From: an uncultured Alphaproteobacteria bacterium
Lineage (GTDB): Bacteria > Pseudomonadota > Alphaproteobacteria > Rhizobiales > Xanthobacteraceae
Length of the DNA stretch: 64,000 nucleotides
Assembly: GCA_963743405.1 (NCBI GenBank)
Contig: CAVUPX010000013.1
Span: 287,472 to 351,471, forward strand
Direction: 5' to 3'
Shown here: piece after piece, positions 39,075 through 49,369 of the stretch
Layout of the letters: every line of letters begins with the position of its first letter
Numbering within the stretch: position 1 is the first letter of the stretch
The notes under the pieces: generated by a model
Database searches by the model: none
What the model was told of the DNA's origin: nothing
Seen by the model: the letters and a program-made list of their open reading frames with translations, nothing else
Position numbers and translations under genes: made by a program

Positions 39075-39578
39075 ATGGGCCTCTTTAGTAAAGATATCAA
39101 AACTCTCAATGACCTATTCGTGCATCAACTGCGCGATATCTATTACGCGGAAAAGCAGATCGTGCAGGCGCTGCCTGATATGATTGAGAAAGCCACCGAT
39201 GCCAACCTCAAACAGGGGTTCGAGGCGCACCTTGGCGAGACCAAGAACCATGTCAAACGTCTCGAGCAGGTATTCAAGATGCATGGCGTCGAGGCAAAGG
39301 GTGTCGACTGTCCGGCGATTGACGGCATTATCGAAGAAGCTGACGAAGTCATTGGTGATGTAGAAGACAAGGCGGTCCTTGACGCCGCGCTGATCGCGGC
39401 AGCGCAAGCCGTGGAGCACTACGAGATGACGCGCTACGGCACCTTGATTGCTTGGGCAAAACAACTTGGCCGCCCGGATTGCGCCAGCGTGCTGCAACAA
39501 AATCTCGAAGAGGAAAAATCTGCCGATTCCAAATTGACGTTGCTCGCCGAGCGCAGCGTTAATGTAAAGGCGGCGTAG
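39075..39578 (+). CDS. DUF892 (YciE/YciF-like) ferritin-like stress protein
   Basis: ORF 38775..39578. The ATG at 39075 is preceded by GAGGAA. MGLFSKDIKTLNDLFVHQLRDIYYAEKQI...LEEEKSAD is typical of DUF892. Confidence 0.8.
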   Translation: MGLFSKDIKTLNDLFVHQLRDIYYAEKQIVQALPDMIEKATDANLKQGFEAHLGETKNHVKRLEQVFKMHGVEAKGVDCPAIDGIIEEADEVIGDVEDKAVLDAALIAAAQAVEHYEMTRYGTLIAWAKQLGRPDCASVLQQNLEEEKSADSKLTLLAERSVNVKAA

Positions 39579-39596
39579 TACCTCGCTGAAAACAAA

Positions 39597-39622
39597 AGCC
39601 CCGCAACACGGCGGGGCTTTTT
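39597..39622. terminator. bidirectional intrinsic terminator between the DUF892 gene and mrcA
   Basis: AAAA-AGCCCCGC (39597-39604), loop AACACG, GCGGGGCT (39611-39618), then TTTT. Confidence 0.75.
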
Positions 39623-39640
39623 AGTGTTCAAACGCGCAGC

Positions 39641-42106
39641 TCAGTACAATCCGCCCGTTCCCGAGCGAACAGCACGATCAGCGTCGGGGCTTACGCCAAC
39701 ACCCCACGATCGTCCACCTTCGCTGGCACCATCCCCAACGACCGAGTAGCCATCAGGCGGCGCGGTGCCGGGCTTGAACGCTTCAAGAATTGCCCGTTCA
39801 GTGCCGGGCCCAGCGCGCGTCCCTGTCTTCAGATCCACGCGGATGAGCTTGATGCCCGGTGGCACCCGGAAAGGCACAGACGGTTTGTCTGCGAGCGCTA
39901 CTTTCATGAAGTCTCTTACGATCGGCGCGGATAAGTGACCGCCGGTCGCTCCGCGGCCGAGATGGCGCGGCTTGTCGTAGCCCATATAGACGCCAATAAC
40001 GAGATCGGGTGTGAAGCCGATGAACCACGCGTCCTTTTCGTCGTTTGTCGTGCCGGTCTTCCCGGCTACAGGTTTACCAACTTCTTTTTGGAAGCCAGCT
40101 CCTGCCGCGGTGCCGCGCAGGACGACGCCTTCCATCATTGAAGTGATCTGATAGGCGGTCATCGGATCGAGCACTTGCGGGCGACGGTCGATCAGCGAAG
40201 GCTCCGCCTGATTCTCCCATTTCTTGCCATCGCATCCGACGCATTCACGCTCGTCGTGCTTGTAGACGGTGTGGCCATAACGGTCTTGGATGCGATCAAT
40301 GAGTGTCGGTTTCACCTTCCGGCCACCGTTATCGAACATCGCATAAGCGGTCGTCATTCGCAGGAGCGTGGTCTCGCCCGCGCCGAGTGCAAAAGAAAGA
40401 TACGGCGGAAGGTCGTCGTAGACGCCGAAACGCTTGGCGTATTCGGCGATCAGCGGCATTCCGATGTCCTGCGCCAGACGAACCGTCATCACATTGCGCG
40501 AGTGCTCGATCCCGTAACGCAGCGTGGAAGGACCGTTAAAACCGCCTTCGTAATTTTCTGGCCGCCAGACGCCCACGCCAGGCCCTTGGTCAATCTCAAC
40601 CGGGGCATCGAGCACGATGGTCGACGGCGTATATCCATTGTCGAGCGCGGCTGCGTAGACGAAGGGTTTGAAAGATGAACCGGGTTGCCGCAGCGCCTGA
40701 GTAGCGCGATTGAACTGGCTTTGGTCGTAGGAAAAACCCCCGACCATGGCGAGGACACGCCCGGTCCAAGGGTCTTCTACGACCATGGCTCCCGAGACTT
40801 CCGGAATCTGGTGCAGGCTGAACTGGCCGTCGGTCTTGGCCGGCTCCACGTAGACGACGTCGCCCGGATTGACCACCTGGCTGACTTTGGCGACCGCCTT
40901 GCCACCGCTTTTGGCCCACTTCATTCCCTCGAGCGGAAGAATCCCGACCGTGCGTTCTTTGCTGACAAATCCCCCCGGCTCACGTCCCGGCTGCAGGCCA
41001 ATGCGGGCCGATTGGTCGGCTACGTCCAGCACGACCGCTAAACGCCATGGCGATACGTCGGCCAGGGCTTTGACATCGGCGAGCTTCACACCCCAATCGC
41101 CGGCAATGTCGATCTTGGTCACCGGCCCGCGCCAACCTTGTGTTTCATCGAAACGCACTAAGCCGTCAGTGAAGACTTTGCGCGCTAGCACTTGATATTT
41201 AGTGTTGAGAGATGTGCGGACCGAAAGGCCGCCTTCGTAAAGTTTCTTTTCGCCGTAGCGCTCGTAGAGTTCCCGCCGCACTTCCTCGGTGAAATACTCA
41301 GCGGAGAAAATGCGTGCCCCGGTAGCTTTCGTCGTAACAGCGAGCGGTGAACGCTTCGCCTTCTCCGCGTCGGCGGTCTTGACGAAACCCGCCTCCGCCA
41401 TGCGATCGATGACCCAATTTCGTCGCTCGATCGCGCGCTCGCGTTGGCGGAACGGATGGTAGTTGTTCGGCGCCTTTGGCAATGACGCGAGATAGGCGGC
41501 TTCGGGAACGGTGAGCTCGTTGACCGCTTTGTCGAAATAGACGAGCGAGGCCGCGGCGATACCATACGCGCCAAGGCCCAGGTAAATTTCATTCAAGTAA
41601 AGCTCGAGGATCTTGTCCTTGCTATAGGTGCGCTCGATCTTTAGCGCCAGCAGAGCCTCCTTGACCTTGCGTGACATCGAAAGCTCGTTTGTCAGCAAGA
41701 AGTTCTTGGCGACTTGTTGCGTAATGGTTGAAGCGCCTTGAGGACGGCGGCTTGAACCATAGTTCTGGAGATAGACAACGCCGGCGCGGGCGATGCCCCC
41801 GAAATCAAGCCCGCCATGCTCGTAGAAGTTCTTATCCTCGGCCGCGAGGAAGGCATTGATGACGAGTTTCGGCACCGCTTGGATCGGGATATACAGCCGA
41901 CGTTCGCGCGCATATTCGGCGACCAGCGACCCGTCGGCGGCGTGCACCCGCGTCATCACGGGCGGCTCGTAATCCTGCAGCTGCGAATAGTCCGGCAGGT
42001 CCTTGGAGAAGTGCCAGAGCATGCCGGCAGCGGCTGCCACCCCCACCACAAACAGGATGGTGCCTGCCGCGAACAGGAAGCCCAAGAACCGTAATATGAA
42101 TTTCAT
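39641..42106 (-). CDS. mrcA: penicillin-binding protein 1A (bifunctional transglycosylase/transpeptidase)
   Basis: 821 aa with an N-terminal TM segment, the GT51 motif EDKNFYEHGG...RKVKE, and transpeptidase motifs SSFKP, SRN and KTGTT. Confidence 0.95.
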   Translation of the reverse strand: MKFILRFLGFLFAAGTILFVVGVAAAAGMLWHFSKDLPDYSQLQDYEPPVMTRVHAADGSLVAEYARERRLYIPIQAVPKLVINAFLAAEDKNFYEHGGLDFGGIARAGVVYLQNYGSSRRPQGASTITQQVAKNFLLTNELSMSRKVKEALLALKIERTYSKDKILELYLNEIYLGLGAYGIAAASLVYFDKAVNELTVPEAAYLASLPKAPNNYHPFRQRERAIERRNWVIDRMAEAGFVKTADAEKAKRSPLAVTTKATGARIFSAEYFTEEVRRELYERYGEKKLYEGGLSVRTSLNTKYQVLARKVFTDGLVRFDETQGWRGPVTKIDIAGDWGVKLADVKALADVSPWRLAVVLDVADQSARIGLQPGREPGGFVSKERTVGILPLEGMKWAKSGGKAVAKVSQVVNPGDVVYVEPAKTDGQFSLHQIPEVSGAMVVEDPWTGRVLAMVGGFSYDQSQFNRATQALRQPGSSFKPFVYAAALDNGYTPSTIVLDAPVEIDQGPGVGVWRPENYEGGFNGPSTLRYGIEHSRNVMTVRLAQDIGMPLIAEYAKRFGVYDDLPPYLSFALGAGETTLLRMTTAYAMFDNGGRKVKPTLIDRIQDRYGHTVYKHDERECVGCDGKKWENQAEPSLIDRRPQVLDPMTAYQITSMMEGVVLRGTAAGAGFQKEVGKPVAGKTGTTNDEKDAWFIGFTPDLVIGVYMGYDKPRHLGRGATGGHLSAPIVRDFMKVALADKPSVPFRVPPGIKLIRVDLKTGTRAGPGTERAILEAFKPGTAPPDGYSVVGDGASEGGRSWGVGVSPDADRAVRSGTGGLY

Positions 42107-42277
42107 GGCCGAATCGTCCTGCCCTGCGCCCGGCTATAGGCTTCCCTTACAGCGGTCGTAAGCCGCAATCCTCGCGGCCATTTTACTACCGCCAGGCAGC
42201 CTCCGCCATTGCCAAAGATCGCAGTGTAAGCCTTTGGTTGCCCGGTTTTATGTTGAAACTGAGGCCAGGGGTCCATC

Positions 42278-43531
42278 TCAGTTATGCCCCCCGCCAGCCC
42301 CGGCCACCCGGGGCGTAAAGAACGTATCCACCGCCTGAACCATCGCCTGCGCCGTGCGGGCGCGCCAGGCTGTCGATGTCAGCTGTTTGAGGTCGTCTTT
42401 CGTCGACATGTAGCCGAGCTCCACCAAGACTGATGGAACGTCGGGCGCCAATAAGACCTTGAAGCCCGCCGATTTGAGCGGCTGCTTGTGCATGCGTGCA
42501 GCATTCTTGAGTTCGCCAACCACCGTGTGCGCGAATTGCGCAGAAAAGGTTTTGGTCTCGCGCTGGGCAAGATCGACCAGAATATTGGCGACATCATTGG
42601 GCTCGGCAGTCAGGTCCACGCCGGCGATCACGTCGGCTTTGTTTTCCGCCTCGGCCAGCCGTGCTGCTTCCGCATCGGAAGCATGCTCCGATAGCGTATA
42701 AACAGTCGCCCCTTCCGCCTGGCCCTCACTGCGTGGCAGGGCATCGGCGTGGATCGAAATGAACAGCGCAGCGCTACGCGTACGAGCAAAACGGACTCGC
42801 TCGGCGAGTGGAATGAACGTGTCATCGGTGCGTGTCATTGCGACACGGTACTTTCCACCGCTCTCGAGCTTCTCGCGCAGCGTTTGCGCAAATGCGAGGA
42901 CGACGTCCTTTTCCAATTCGCCGCCCGATCCTTTGGTCCCGTTGTCGATGCCGCCATGACCTGGATCGAGCACGATCAACGGACGTAAATCCCCATCCGC
43001 TTTTAGGGGCGTCTCGTTCTGCTTGGCGGCCGCCACATGTGCCGGATGATTTTCAAGCGCGACATTGCGCAGGAAGCTGGCACGATCGGTCGCAACAAGA
43101 TCGAGCACAAGCCGCGCGGGCTGGCCTTCCGCTGCATCGAGTACGAAAGCCTTCTCGATGCGCACGGGCCCCTTGGTGTCGAGCACGATCCGCGAGCCGC
43201 CCTGCATGATGACGCCGTAACGGAACGCCTTCACGAGGCCGCGCGACTGCTCACCGGCTTTGGCTGACACCTTGAAGGTGACCTGCGGCAGGTCAACGAC
43301 CACGCGATATGGATCGGCGAGCGTGAAGGCGGCGAGATCAATCTTCCGGTTCAGGTCAACGACGACCCGGGTTTGCTTGTCATCGCCGCCGACCCGCATA
43401 TCGCTCGCGACCGCCGCTGCCTCCGCTGGCGGTGCATGCACGGCCACGCCGCCATCGGCAGCGATGGCGACCGAGTCGCACAGCATCGCGCAGGCCAGTG
43501 CGCCGGCTATAGCTATCGCGCGGGTTGTCAC
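42278..43531 (-). CDS. amiC: N-acetylmuramoyl-L-alanine amidase (AMIN + Amidase_3)
   Basis: ORF 42278..43636 begins with TTG. The GTG at 43531 gives MTTRAIAIAGALACAMLCDSVAIA (signal-like). The amidase_3 core is LDPGHGGIDNG...ISIHAD. The start is uncertain. Confidence 0.85.
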   Translation of the reverse strand: MTTRAIAIAGALACAMLCDSVAIAADGGVAVHAPPAEAAAVASDMRVGGDDKQTRVVVDLNRKIDLAAFTLADPYRVVVDLPQVTFKVSAKAGEQSRGLVKAFRYGVIMQGGSRIVLDTKGPVRIEKAFVLDAAEGQPARLVLDLVATDRASFLRNVALENHPAHVAAAKQNETPLKADGDLRPLIVLDPGHGGIDNGTKGSGGELEKDVVLAFAQTLREKLESGGKYRVAMTRTDDTFIPLAERVRFARTRSAALFISIHADALPRSEGQAEGATVYTLSEHASDAEAARLAEAENKADVIAGVDLTAEPNDVANILVDLAQRETKTFSAQFAHTVVGELKNAARMHKQPLKSAGFKVLLAPDVPSVLVELGYMSTKDDLKQLTSTAWRARTAQAMVQAVDTFFTPRVAGAGGGHN

Positions 43532-44107
43532 GAATCCGGACCCTTTGGAGCCGCTTTTTAACCCATTAAGAGCCGCTTCGGTTAACGGAACTTGAGCAAG
43601 AATGCCATTTCCGGTGCCAGTGTGGCCGAACTGCAAAGCTTCCCTTGCCAGCCCTGATCCAGGGCCGTATGTAAGGTGTGCTGATGGTTAGAGTTCCGGT
43701 TGTGCCGCGTTCGGGCCCCGGCCGCTTCGGTCCTGTACCGCCCCCCTCGAGGAGGTCGGCGGACGGCCAAGCGAAACGAGCCGAAACCCTTGTGAAGGAC
43801 ATCCGGATCAGTGCGCGGCCACGAGGGCCGTTCGCGACCTAGCCGTTAGCGATGAGAAACCTCGGTTCGCGCCTCAGTGGCGCGACCGCAGCGCTACGGG
43901 TCGTAAGTTTCATGCTGCCACTGACGCAGCAAAGGTATTTTGAGGTCCACCGCCCACGCGCCGCCACCATGACGGTGCGCGCAGGCGTTAGCCTCGGCCG
44001 CGCGGCCCTCCCCTTCCACACCAATCAGGCCGGCTTATCGCCCTATCGTCTTGCGCTGACTTCATCGCGCGAGCACGTGGCGACGTTTGGCCCAGTGAGA
44101 TTTTCAA

Positions 44108-47006
44108 ATGGCCGACAAAATGCTGATCGACGCGACCCACCCGGAGGAGACCCGGGTCGTCGTGCTACGCGGCAACCGCGTCGAGGAATTCGACTTCGAA
44201 AGCGCCAACCGCAAACAGCTCCGCGGTAATATCTACCTCGCAAAAGTCACACGCGTTGAGCCGTCCTTGCAGGCGGCGTTCGTCGACTACGGTGGCAATC
44301 GCCACGGCTTTTTGGCGTTCTCGGAAATCCATCCCGACTATTATCAAATCCCGGTCGCTGATCGGCAGGCGCTGATCGCGCAGGAGGAGCACGACCAGCG
44401 CGCAGCAGACGCGGAAGCAGACAATCGCGCTGGACGGCGCGGGGGGCGCCATCGCCATCGCAATGCCGGACGGCATCGCGATCGCGACGTCGTGCAGAGC
44501 GATACGCTTTCCCCTGAGCAACTCTCGAATAACGGCTCCGAGATGTCCGCCGCCGAAACCGGCATGGATCAACCGTCGTCGTCGGATACCGCCGAGCTCG
44601 CGAGCGAAATGCCCACTCACGACCACAACTCGTCGGCGTTCGCAGCCGAAGGCCATGTTGAAGACCACGCCGAAGACCATGCGCATGAGACGGTTGAATT
44701 TCCGGCAGGCGAAGAGACCGCTACGTCAAACGCCACGCTCGAAACGACGGCCGAAGGCGAACAGCCATCCGCTGCCGCCGAGGCCGCACTGACATCCGAT
44801 TCTGCGCAGGGCGAACAACCTATCTATGCCGGCGATGCCGCTTCCTCGACCGAACCGAGTGAGCAAGGCGAGAACGGCCACCATGAGGAACACCACGAGG
44901 AAGAAGGTGTCGAATTTGTCGGCGGTGCGGACGCACTCGAAGAGGTGCAAGAGCGGATGCCCCGCTTCCGCCGCCAATACAAGATTCAAGAAGTGATCAA
45001 GCGCCGGCAGGTGATGCTGGTGCAGGTCGTGAAGGAAGAGCGCGGCACCAAGGGTGCAGCACTCACAACCTACCTCTCGCTCGCCGGCCGTTATTCCGTG
45101 CTGATGCCGAACACCGCACGCGGTGGCGGGATTTCGCGCAAGATCACATCGTCCGAAGACCGTTCGCGGCTCAAGGAAATTGCACAAGAACTTGAAGTGC
45201 CGGAAGGCATGGGCGTGATTTTGCGAACGGCTGGCGCGAGCCGCACAAAGATCGAAGTTAAACGGGATTTCGAATATCTGCTTCGCCTGTGGGAGACCGT
45301 GCGCGACCTCACGCTGAAATCGACCGCGCCCAAGCTGGTCTATGAAGAAGGCTCGCTCACCAAACGCTCAATCCGTGACCTCTATAGCAAAGACATCGAA
45401 GAGATCGTCGTCTCGGGTGATCAAGGATATCAGGAAGCGCGCGACTTCATGCGCATGCTGATGCCGAGCCATGCCAAGCATGTGAAGCAATACAAAGACA
45501 CGCAGCCGCTATTCACCCGCTACGGCATCGAAAGCCAACTCGACGCCATGTTCTCGCCGGTGGTTCAGCTGCGTTCCGGCGGTTACATCGTCATCAATCA
45601 GGCCGAAGCGCTTGTGGCGATCGACGTCAACTCGGGACGCGCTACGCGTGAGCACCATATCGAGGACACGGCGCTTAAGACCAATTGCGAGGCCGCTGAA
45701 GAAATCGCCAGGCAACTGCGCTTGCGCGATCTTGCCGGCCTTATCGTCATCGACTTCATCGACATGGACGAAGGCCGCAACAACCGCACCGTGGAACGGC
45801 GCCTGAAGGAAGCGCTCAAGCACGACCGTGCCAGAATTCAAGTTGGCCGCATCTCTCATTTCGGGTTGCTGGAAATGTCGCGCCAGCGCATCCGCACGTC
45901 GGTGCTGGAAAGTTCAACCGAGAAGTGCCCGGTGTGCGGCGGGTCCGGCCATGTGCGTTCGGTATCATCAGTGGCGCTGCAGTTGCTGCGCGCCATCGAA
46001 GAGATGCTGAACAAGGGGGCCACCCACAATCTGATCGTGCGCACACGCGCGGAAGTGGCTCTCTATGTGCTCAATCACAAGCGCGCACATTTGCGGATGC
46101 TGGAAGAACGCTTCCGGGTCACGCTGACCGTGTCGGCCGATCCGACCGTGACGGGCCAGCAATCCTATGTCGTCGACCGCGGTGAGCAGGTGCACACGCT
46201 GGAGGCGGCAAAGAGTTCTTGCAGCTTCGCAGCCGGTACCGCTCACGACTGTGGAAGACGACGATATCATTGAGGACGAGGCTGAAACGATCGACGCCGA
46301 AGAAGAGATCGTCGAGGCCGTGGAAATTGCACCTGCGGAAGTGGCTGAAGAGCGGCCTCCCCGTGATGCCGAGCGCGAAGGCGGACCGCGGCGGCGCCGG
46401 CGACGCGGGCGCGGCGGCCGTGGCCGTGGCGGCGAGCCGCGTGAGGGCGCGCAAGCTTTCTCGAACGATCCCGTTGCCGAGCATCCCGTAGCGCACGACG
46501 AACACATCGCGAGTTCGCCCGAAGAAGAAGGCTCGGGTCAACTTCAACCGCGTCAGGAAGGCGTCCCATTTAGTGAAGGTGAGCGCGATGGCGCACGCCG
46601 CCGTCGCCGCCGCGGCCGCCGCGGCGGTCGCAGAAACCGCCAGCGCAATGGCGAGGGGCCGGTCCGATCAGGTGGCGAGAACGGGCGCGAGCCGGAGCTG
46701 CAACACGCGGTCGATGATATGGACCGTCCGCCAAGTTATGAGACCGCGCCGGCATATTCACCGCCGGTCGAGGAGCGCACTATCCCCTCGCCCGTGGAAT
46801 ATTCCGCAACGACAGCTAGCGCACCTGAGCCGTCACGCCGCCGCTCAACCATCCGCGAACCGGCTCCATTCGGCGGTGAAAATGTGCAGGTACCACCGTC
46901 CGCTACATCTCCGTCGGCGCCGGTCGTTTCGAGCTCGGGATCTGAAGAGCCGGCGGCGCCCAAGCGCGGCTGGTGGGGCAAGCGCTTGTTAGGCGACAAG
47001 GACTAG
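44108..47006 (+). pseudogene. rne: ribonuclease E with its frame broken once (ORFs 44108..46273 and 46167..47006). It may be a sequencing artefact rather than a true pseudogene.
   Basis: The N-terminal ORF carries S1, 5'-sensor, DNase-I-like and Zn-link regions (...CPVCGGSGHVRS...) up to ...GEQVHTLEAAK. The +1 frame continues VLAASQPVPLTTVEDDD..., with Arg-rich RNA-binding segments and the C-terminal KRGWWGKRLLG. The span is 2899 nt (3n+1). The junction is near 46211-46217. Confidence 0.9.
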
Positions 47007-47013
47007 GCAGACC

Positions 47014-49071
47014 ATGAAATCGGCCTGGGTCGAGCACGACGCCAAAGCGGCGGTCGACCATTGGGCCAAGACCGGCGTCGCCGCCGACCTGGCGCTACGT
47101 GTTTACACGACGCGCTTGCTCGGAGGCGACCCGCGGCTGGTCCTGCACGGCGGCGGCAATACTTCGGTCAAAACGCACGTCAAAGATTTGCTCGGCGAGG
47201 ATGCTGAGGTTCTTTGTGTCAAAGGCTCCGGCTGGGACATGGGCAGCATCGAGCCCACCGGCATGCCGGCTGTGCGGCTCGCAGCATTACGCAAGCTGCG
47301 CGCGCGCGCGGCCATGCCCGATGAAGAGATGGTGCGCGTCCAGCGCGCGAGCCTGATCGATCCGCAGGCGCCTAACCCGTCCGTCGAAACGCTTCTGCAC
47401 GCCTTTGTCCCGCACAAATTTGTCGATCACACCCACGCCACCGCAGTTTTGAGCCTGATCGACCAGGCGGACAGCGAAGCACTGTGCGCGGAGACCTATG
47501 GGCGCCGGCTGGGCTTCGTGCCCTACATGATGCCGGGCTTCGCGCTGGCAAAAAAAGCCGCCGAGGTGTTCGAAAATAATCCCGACGTCGAGGGTCTGAT
47601 CCTCGATAAGCACGGCATTTTCACGTTCGGAAACGATGCGCGCGAAGCTTACGAGCGGATGATCGAATTCGTAACGCTCGCGGAAGAGCGCCTGCGCAAA
47701 AAGGGTAATGCGAAGTTTGCAAGCGCGAAGGTCCCGAACGAGCTCGCATCGGCGGCCGAGGTAGCGCCCATCATCCGTGGCGCCTGCGCGCTGCGTGACG
47801 CATATGGTGAAGGCGCTCACAAGCGGCTCATCCTGCATTTCCGCAGCAGCGATACGATTCTCAACTATGTGTCCGGTAAGGACATCATACGCTACGCCCG
47901 CGCAGGCCTGATCACGCCGGATCACGTAATCCGCACCAAACCGTGGCCGCTGATCGTGGCCGCCCCGGAGGCTGGCCATCTCGACGCCTTCAAAAATGCG
48001 GTCCAGCGGGCAGCGGACAAATTCATGGACGATTATGCGGCTTATTTCACGCGCCAAAAGGCGCGCGCCAACGGTACGGCGATGCACGACCCCCTGCCCC
48101 GTGTTGTGCTGGTGCCGGGTGTCGGCCTGTTCGGGCTTGGCGCAACTGCCAAGGAAGCGCGCGTGGCGGCCGACGTCGCCGAAGCCGCGGTCGAAGGGAT
48201 TAGCGGCGCAGAAGCGATCGGCACGTTCAAATCGATTTCCGAAAGCGACATGTTCGATGTCGAGTATTGGCCGCTGGAACTGGCCAAACTCGGCCAACAC
48301 AAGCCGTTGCCGCTCGCCGGACAAGTCACAGTGATTACCGGCGCCGGTGGCGCTATCGGCGCAGCGACTGCCAGGGCTTTTGCGGAAGCTGGCGCGGAAG
48401 TTGCGCTGCTTGATATCGATGCCGAAGCCGCGGCGAAAAGCGCCAAGGCGATTGGTGGCTCGGCGCTTGCGGTTGCCTGCGACGTGACCGACGCGGCATC
48501 GGTCGACACCGCTTTCGATCAAGTGATCGCTGCATTTGGCGGCGTCGACATCGCCGTGTCGAACGCCGGGGCAGCCTGGCAGGGTAAGATCGGCGATGTC
48601 GAGGAAGCACTGCTGCGCGAGAGCTTCGAGCTCAATTTTTTCGCGCATCAAAAAGTCGCGCAAGCCGCGGTCAAAATTATGCTCAAGCAAGGCATAGGCG
48701 GCTGTCTTCTGTTCAACGTCTCCAAGCAGGCGGTGAACCCGGGTCCGGAATTTGGACCTTACGGTCTGCCGAAAGCGGCAACGCTACTGCTCGTGCGTCA
48801 ATACGCACTCGATTATGGCGCTGCAGGCATCCGCGCTAACGCTGTCAATGCCGACCGGATCCGCTCGGGGCTGCTGACCCAGGATTTCATCAAAGAGCGT
48901 GCCAAGGCGCGGGGGCTGAGCGAAAAAGAATATATGAGCGGCAATTTGCTCCAGCGCGAAGTGACGGCGGAGGATGTGGCACAAGCCTTCCTGCATCAGG
49001 CGCTCGAACTGAAGACCACCGCCAACGTCACCACCGTCGACGGCGGCAATATCGCCGCCGCGTTGCGCTGA
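47014..49071 (+). CDS. bifunctional class II aldolase/adducin-domain + short-chain dehydrogenase protein (rhamnulose-1-phosphate aldolase/alcohol dehydrogenase-like)
   Basis: 685 aa. The N-terminal half is aldolase-II-like (LVLHGGGNTSVK..., FVDHTHA). The C-terminal half is an SDR with VITGAGGAIGAATA and YGLPKAA (YxxxK). Confidence 0.85.
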   Translation: MKSAWVEHDAKAAVDHWAKTGVAADLALRVYTTRLLGGDPRLVLHGGGNTSVKTHVKDLLGEDAEVLCVKGSGWDMGSIEPTGMPAVRLAALRKLRARAAMPDEEMVRVQRASLIDPQAPNPSVETLLHAFVPHKFVDHTHATAVLSLIDQADSEALCAETYGRRLGFVPYMMPGFALAKKAAEVFENNPDVEGLILDKHGIFTFGNDAREAYERMIEFVTLAEERLRKKGNAKFASAKVPNELASAAEVAPIIRGACALRDAYGEGAHKRLILHFRSSDTILNYVSGKDIIRYARAGLITPDHVIRTKPWPLIVAAPEAGHLDAFKNAVQRAADKFMDDYAAYFTRQKARANGTAMHDPLPRVVLVPGVGLFGLGATAKEARVAADVAEAAVEGISGAEAIGTFKSISESDMFDVEYWPLELAKLGQHKPLPLAGQVTVITGAGGAIGAATARAFAEAGAEVALLDIDAEAAAKSAKAIGGSALAVACDVTDAASVDTAFDQVIAAFGGVDIAVSNAGAAWQGKIGDVEEALLRESFELNFFAHQKVAQAAVKIMLKQGIGGCLLFNVSKQAVNPGPEFGPYGLPKAATLLLVRQYALDYGAAGIRANAVNADRIRSGLLTQDFIKERAKARGLSEKEYMSGNLLQREVTAEDVAQAFLHQALELKTTANVTTVDGGNIAAALR

Positions 49072-49138
49072 TCCCTGAAATTGCCCAGAAGCGTGCTATA
49101 CACTTCCTCGCATCGACACAGATAAAGGAGCCGACCCG

Positions 49139-49360
49139 ATGCTGCGAACCATGGCCATTGCTATCCTTCCTATCCTGCTGGTTGCGGCGCCCGCCTCGGC
49201 CATCACATCCCAGGAAAAAATGGAGACCTGCAAGGTCGGCGCCGAAAGCCAGCAACTTGATGCCGCCAAGCGCTCGGCCTTCATCAAGAAGTGCATGGCG
49301 AAGGGCAATTACGAGCCGGCCGCGAGAAAGAACGCCAAAACTGCGCCGAAGCCGCAGTAG
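49139..49360 (+). CDS. psiF: PsiF-family small secreted protein
   Basis: 73 aa with RBS GGAG and a signal peptide. SQEKMETCKVGAESQQLDAAKRSAFIKKCM matches the PsiF repeat pattern (QxKMxxC...ERKAFxxxC). Confidence 0.6.
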   Translation: MLRTMAIAILPILLVAAPASAITSQEKMETCKVGAESQQLDAAKRSAFIKKCMAKGNYEPAARKNAKTAPKPQ

Positions 49361-49369
49361 CGTGCGCGG

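Noticed and set aside
44165-46547. Several 70-180-aa ORFs on both strands inside rne (for example 44165..44686, 44726..45187, 45968..46507, 46119..46547)
   Set aside because: They are alternative frames of the GC-rich, Arg/Glu-repeat-rich rne coding sequence. None has independent support.
47287-48690. 467-aa ORF on the minus strand
   Set aside because: It is entirely antisense to the well-supported aldolase/SDR gene (47014..49071). Its composition is Arg/Gly/Ala/Asp-rich with no recognisable motifs and no RBS. It is a typical GC-driven shadow ORF.
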